In this document: positions 59,649-64,000 of the stretch, one piece after another
Position numbering within the stretch: position 1 is the first letter of the stretch
Layout: every line of letters starts with the position of its first letter
Virus record (IMG/VR): IMGVR_UViG_3300031555_003522
Location: 32,001-96,000 of that record
Source: a virus
Lineage: Duplodnaviria; Caudoviricetes
DNA length: 64,000 nt
Reading direction: 5' to 3' (one strand)
The notes under the pieces: model-generated
Told to the model about the DNA's origin: nothing
The model's input: only the letters and a program-made list of their open reading frames with translations
Database searches by the model: none
Translations under genes and position numbers: made by a program

Positions 59649-60214
59649 GGTGTATAATAATGGCTACAACAATATTAATCAATACCTTAAATGAAATAAA
59701 TGAAATTAAACTTCCGTTTAAGTTTTTAATTAAATTAAAGAAAAAGTATTTAATAAATAAAGCTGTAAGAGAGATAAATAGAACCTACTTCAATAGAAAT
59801 TATTTCACTTCTTCTCATATAGCAAGTTTTTGCCGTCTTTTTCATGCAGCTAAACTTATGGAAATTTTAAAAGATGATGATCTTGTTCATAATGATAGCA
59901 TAATTGTCGAAAGTGCAAAAATAGATATTGCTTATTTCGACAATTTTTCTATTATGAAGATTAAATCGAATACACAAGAAATGATATTTACAGCTGTAGA
60001 CAATATCAAAGTTGAGCATATAGATAATAGAGATTCTGAACACAGTTACAGATCGGTATATACATTCGATGATGTTACTACTGAAAACAGAGATTCAAAA
60101 GAATGGAATACATATAAAGAAATGATTAGGACTTGTTCGTATGAGTCGCTATATATAGCATTTAACCTCATCGTTCAGATAGTGTTTAATGCTTTATATG
60201 AAAAGGAGAATTGA
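59645..60214 (+). CDS. Hypothetical protein
   Basis: Likely start 59660 after GAGGTG. Confidence 0.65.
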   Translation: MRCIIMATTILINTLNEINEIKLPFKFLIKLKKKYLINKAVREINRTYFNRNYFTSSHIASFCRLFHAAKLMEILKDDDLVHNDSIIVESAKIDIAYFDNFSIMKIKSNTQEMIFTAVDNIKVEHIDNRDSEHSYRSVYTFDDVTTENRDSKEWNTYKEMIRTCSYESLYIAFNLIVQIVFNALYEKEN

Positions 60215-60728
60215 TATGGGAAACATGAAAACTCCAAATATTTTTATGAATATTATAAGTGAGAAAAATCCAAAAGGATTATTTTCTAAATTAGTTCATA
60301 AAATAAAATTGCGTAAATTTAGAAATAATATTCTTAAAGGAAGTCCTAGTTTTGGTTTATTATGGAAGATGGCAGATTTCATCAAAATATCTGAGTTTAT
60401 ATTCTTTTATAATAATACGCATTCTCTAGATTCTGAGTTTGCCATATATTCATCTAAAGAATATATGGCTGGAACAAATGGGTTTAAACTTAGAGATGAT
60501 GCAACAGGATGTATAATTACAATTAAACTCATTTCAGATACTCAAAAAGTAATAGTCGATATAGAGCGTCAACGCGGAAATAGGTTAAAGAATAGTATGG
60601 TATTTGTAGATAATGCTTGGCAAGATTCTGATTATACAGCTTATGATGAAATGCTTTTAGAACAAGTAATCAAGATTATCAACTCAAAGATTATGGCGCT
60701 ATTTGATTACTGCTATTCTCTGAGGTAA
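60189..60728 (+). CDS. Hypothetical protein
   Basis: Likely start 60216 after AAGGAG. Confidence 0.65.
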   Translation: MLYMKRRIDMGNMKTPNIFMNIISEKNPKGLFSKLVHKIKLRKFRNNILKGSPSFGLLWKMADFIKISEFIFFYNNTHSLDSEFAIYSSKEYMAGTNGFKLRDDATGCIITIKLISDTQKVIVDIERQRGNRLKNSMVFVDNAWQDSDYTAYDEMLLEQVIKIINSKIMALFDYCYSLR

Positions 60729-60756
60729 TTATATATAACTTTCTAAACATACTAGT

Positions 60757-60856
60757 ATAACCACCTCCGATGGTTATGGCTTTTGCGGACATTCCATATT
60801 TTTGACTTCCTGCTGATGTGTAGGGGACCTTCTTCGGAGGGTCCCCTATACTTTTT
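60757..60856 (+). ncRNA. Candidate ~100-nt late small RNA with CCUCC exposed in a 5' hairpin loop
   Basis: AACA-TACTAG-TA (60746-60757); hairpin ataacca-cctccga-tggttat starts at predicted +1; strong taggggacct...ttcg...gggtccccta terminator. Confidence 0.55.
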
Positions 60857-60881
60857 GCATAAAGTAAAAAGGAGAATATTT

Positions 60882-62018
60882 ATGAGGTACTATACACCAA
60901 TAAATAATAATAGATATCTGATAGAAGTTCATATTGCAGATATACATTTTGGATCTATAGATCCATCTACTCAATTCTCTATTCTGTATGAGCAATTCAT
61001 ACAGAAAATAAATCTTATAAATTTTGATATCCTATCTATAGATGGTGATATTTTTGATAAAAAATTTATGGCAAATCATGATGCTATAAGATATGCTATG
61101 GAGTTCGTAAGACTCTGTGCAGAAATGTGTATAATCAAACAAGCAACCATGATTATTATATCTGGAACTGAAAGCCATGATTCTGGTCAGCTTAAATTAT
61201 TCTACGGATACCTTGAAGATCCTAGACTAGATCTAAGAATTGTAGAGCATGCTAACTTTGAGATGATTAAAGGTTTAAAAGTACTATGTATCCCAGAAGA
61301 ATATGGTAAGGGAGAAGAGTATTATAGGCCGTTATTAGATGATATCTACGATACATGCTTTATGCATGGAACTGTTGTTGGCTCGGTATACGGGGCAAAT
61401 AAAGAGGATCTTGGGTCAAAGAAATATCCTGTATTTTCTATTGATAGTTTTGCAGGATGTAGAGGGCCGATTATTGCAGGTCATGTGCATAAGGCTATGT
61501 GTCTAAATGGTTATATATACTATTGCTCTAATCCGATTAGATACAGATTCGGCGAAGAAGAAGATAAAGGATTTGTAATAGTATTACATGATAGAATATC
61601 GAATGCTCATTCTATGGATTTTATTCCTATAGAATCTTTTAGATATGATACTATAGATATTAGCACTTTAAATTATGCTGACCCTAATGAGGTAATTAAA
61701 TATCTGGATGGGTTAATGAATAATGGAATAGATAATATAAGAATAGACTTCAGTAGATTGGATGAACCTTCTATGCAAAAGGTTATTGAGCAATATTATA
61801 TAAATAACCCGCATGTTGCAATAAAGAAGTATGTATCTAAAGAAGTTGCACAAGTAAATACTACAGATAGTATAATGGAAAAATATTCTGGTTTTGAATT
61901 TCTTTTAGATCCAAATTTGGATAGCTATACGAAGTTTGTAAATTTCATCAACCAGAATATGGGTAGTCAATATATTACTGTAGAGAAATTAAAGGCCGTA
62001 TTAGCCGGAGGTATTTAA
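60882..62018 (+). CDS. sbcD: SbcD/Mre11-like nuclease
   Basis: HIADIHFG, IDGDIFD, SGTESHD, FMHG, AGHVH; AAGGAG SD before ATG 60882. Confidence 0.88.
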   Translation: MRYYTPINNNRYLIEVHIADIHFGSIDPSTQFSILYEQFIQKINLINFDILSIDGDIFDKKFMANHDAIRYAMEFVRLCAEMCIIKQATMIIISGTESHDSGQLKLFYGYLEDPRLDLRIVEHANFEMIKGLKVLCIPEEYGKGEEYYRPLLDDIYDTCFMHGTVVGSVYGANKEDLGSKKYPVFSIDSFAGCRGPIIAGHVHKAMCLNGYIYYCSNPIRYRFGEEEDKGFVIVLHDRISNAHSMDFIPIESFRYDTIDISTLNYADPNEVIKYLDGLMNNGIDNIRIDFSRLDEPSMQKVIEQYYINNPHVAIKKYVSKEVAQVNTTDSIMEKYSGFEFLLDPNLDSYTKFVNFINQNMGSQYITVEKLKAVLAGGI

Positions 62019-62019
62019 T

Positions 62020-62274
62020 ATGTCCGATATTCAGAAAGTGCTTCCTATACTATATTGCCAACCTATAGAATTCCTGGATAAAATAGATGAGCTATATATT
62101 GGTCAGGTATTGGTAGTGACTAGACACTCAAAGAAGAATAATGATATTATAAATGAAGTATGGATAAGAGATGGTAATACATCTTATCGAAAGATAAATT
62201 TACAAGATACAATAATAAAGGCAACATTTAATACGAATGGGGATGAAATTAGTGTCATTGCTCGGAAAGAATAA
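62020..62274 (+). CDS. Hypothetical protein
   Basis: GGAGGT SD. Confidence 0.6.
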   Translation: MSDIQKVLPILYCQPIEFLDKIDELYIGQVLVVTRHSKKNNDIINEVWIRDGNTSYRKINLQDTIIKATFNTNGDEISVIARKE

Positions 62275-62593
62275 TATAGAGCCTATGTGCTCTATGAATA
62301 ATACAAAGAAAAAGCACCAACCTAGTGTATTATTTAGAACTTCTTATGGTGTTGTCAGTTTAATAGATCCAGATTCTATTAAAAGATTTCAGCAAAAATC
62401 TGGATGTACTGTGGCAGATGGTAAAATAGGCATTCGGACTAAAGCCGCAATAATGAGAAGTCTATTAGACCCATCTGATATTGGTGCATTTAACAAAGCT
62501 ACTCCTATCAGATCAAAACGGGCTTCTAGTACTTCTACACAGGAAGCTGTAGATCTGATTGAGCGTCTTATTAGAGAATCGGGATCCTTTTAA
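62237..62593 (+). CDS. Protein with partial peptidoglycan-binding (PG_binding_1-like) motif
   Basis: SIKRFQQKSGCTVADGKIGIRTKAAI. Confidence 0.55.
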   Translation: MGMKLVSLLGKNNIEPMCSMNNTKKKHQPSVLFRTSYGVVSLIDPDSIKRFQQKSGCTVADGKIGIRTKAAIMRSLLDPSDIGAFNKATPIRSKRASSTSTQEAVDLIERLIRESGSF

Positions 62594-62654
62594 TTCTAAA
62601 TTCATGGACTATTTAAAAAGGATCATAATTCGACACTTTTGAGAGGTAAATGAT

Positions 62655-62942
62655 ATGAAAAAATTCTTTTATAGAATCACATTTTATACAAATGATATGA
62701 TGACAGAAAAGGTTATGAGTTATATTTACAAAAAACCTTTTAAGGTAAATATTGCAGATGGTGGTAATATTTACTGGAATCAATTCTATGAAGATTTATA
62801 TACTACATCTGTTAAAGACCTTAATAAGTATCATAATCCTGGTAGATTACTATTTCCTACAAGAATTGATAGGGTAAGCTTATGGGTTCTTATTAAATCT
62901 ATTTTTAATAAGAAGTGTAAGTTAATTTCTCCGTCAATCTGA
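62655..62942 (+). CDS. Hypothetical protein
   Basis: GAGGT SD. Confidence 0.6.
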   Translation: MKKFFYRITFYTNDMMTEKVMSYIYKKPFKVNIADGGNIYWNQFYEDLYTTSVKDLNKYHNPGRLLFPTRIDRVSLWVLIKSIFNKKCKLISPSI

Positions 62943-63004
62943 TAAATATAGACTACTATTTATGCACAAAACATAAATAGTAACAGCTATCAATATATTT
63001 AAGA

Positions 63005-63760
63005 ATGGTGGCGAGATTCTTGAACTTAGAAAGAAGAGCAAAATATTCAGGTCAAGGATCTTCGGTTGTTAAATCAAATAAACGACTTGATATAAACCTT
63101 GATCTGCATACGTTAGAAATAATGTGTAAATGTCTGGTTACAGATAGCCAGAATATAAGACGTGGACAATTAATTAATTTAAGAAATTTAATTTATCTGA
63201 TAAATCCAGATAATTATATAAATGATGCCGAAAAGAATAAAAGAATCGATTTTATTAAGAAAGGTCTCGAGGGGCGACTCGAGTTCAATCTTACAGATCC
63301 CTTTATGATATTGTCTCATATAAATGGAGGCATACTGGATACAGATATAGTAAATCTAGAAGAATTTGCTGGACTTACTGGAGCTGAAATAAACTGGATG
63401 AATAATATGGTTTCGGAAGCTCTTAAGTTTTCTCATGTTTATTCTAGCGTAGATATGCTATTAGATATCTGTACCAGAATAAAGACATCTGATTATGGAA
63501 CAAAAGCTGCTATAGTTGCTGAATTTGAGCAAGCAATAAATGCTATTCAGAATAATTTTAGAAGATGTAGAAACCAGAATCAGACTCAAGAAATGTTCAG
63601 TTTACGTGATGGGTATTTTGAGAATGTGATGTATGACACATACTCAGCTCTTAGTAGTCCTAGACGTAAGCTTATGACTGGTATGCAAGGTATGAATGAA
63701 CTTCTCGGTGGTGGATATGAGAATGGACGTTGTTATGTCTATTTCGGTCTGCCTGGTGTA
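63005..63760 (+). CDS. DnaB-like replicative helicase, first exon
   Basis: LMTGMQGMNELLGGGYENGRCYVYFGLPG leads into a Walker A that is cut by an intron. Confidence 0.8.
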
Positions 63761-64000
63761 ACCTAACGGTAATCACAGCTTGTATAGTAATATGCAAGTT
63801 CCCCGGGTTAACTGCTGGCAATCCCTAAAGCCTTAAGCACTACAACGTGATCTGAAAAGATGAGCGTGAATGTTACGAAAGTAGAAAAAAGCTTAAGGAT
63901 GGACTATGGTTAAATCCTAAGGTCTAACTCGACAAATGGGTCTTCAGCAGCCAATCACTTGTAAAATAGTGAAGGTTCAACGACTATCCCCTGGCAGGGG
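63760..64000 (+). mobile_element. Group I intron in helicase Walker A (truncated by window end; exact 5' splice site uncertain)
   Basis: P2 cttgtat-agtaat-atgcaag; ttaactgctgg; ttcagcagccaa; gaaggttcaacgacta. Confidence 0.85.

Overview
AT-rich, gene-dense segment of a jumbo bacteriophage of the AR9/PBS1 (phiKZ-related) type. The host is most likely a spore-forming Firmicute, since the phage carries SpoIIAB-like and Spo0A effector-domain genes. Core genes: an RNA polymerase beta-prime half-subunit (GGDYDGD), primase, DnaB-like helicase (intron-interrupted, runs off the window), SbcD/Mre11, a PD-(D/E)xK exonuclease, dCTP deaminase with a ~155-aa insertion, and baseplate/tail genes. Two promoter classes can be read from the sequence: TATATTAT (early-type) and AAC[A/T/G]-N6-TA (late-type, AR9-like). 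The main structure is a gene for the sigma-like promoter-specificity subunit of the non-virion RNAP (AR9 gp226/phiKZ gp68 type). It is split by five group I introns into six exons, including a 21-nt microexon, that splice in frame to about 506 aa. Intron 4 carries an HNH endonuclease. Intron 1 carries a complete tRNA-Leu(UAA) in the same P6 position, with a late-promoter motif whose predicted +1 is the first tRNA base. Other unexplained elements: three candidate small RNAs displaying anti-Shine-Dalgarno (CCUCC) sequences; a ~300-nt late RNA with three tandem pseudoknots; a family of late proteins sharing MIYS[IL]xE and GIFxxVxFI tags (candidate capsid-packaging signals); a small-gene array punctuated by a 17-bp TAAAA-N5-ATTTTAA junction motif; and a probable -1 frameshift in a tail/baseplate chaperone. 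All assignments come from reading the sequence by eye and from recalled family motifs. No searches were run.
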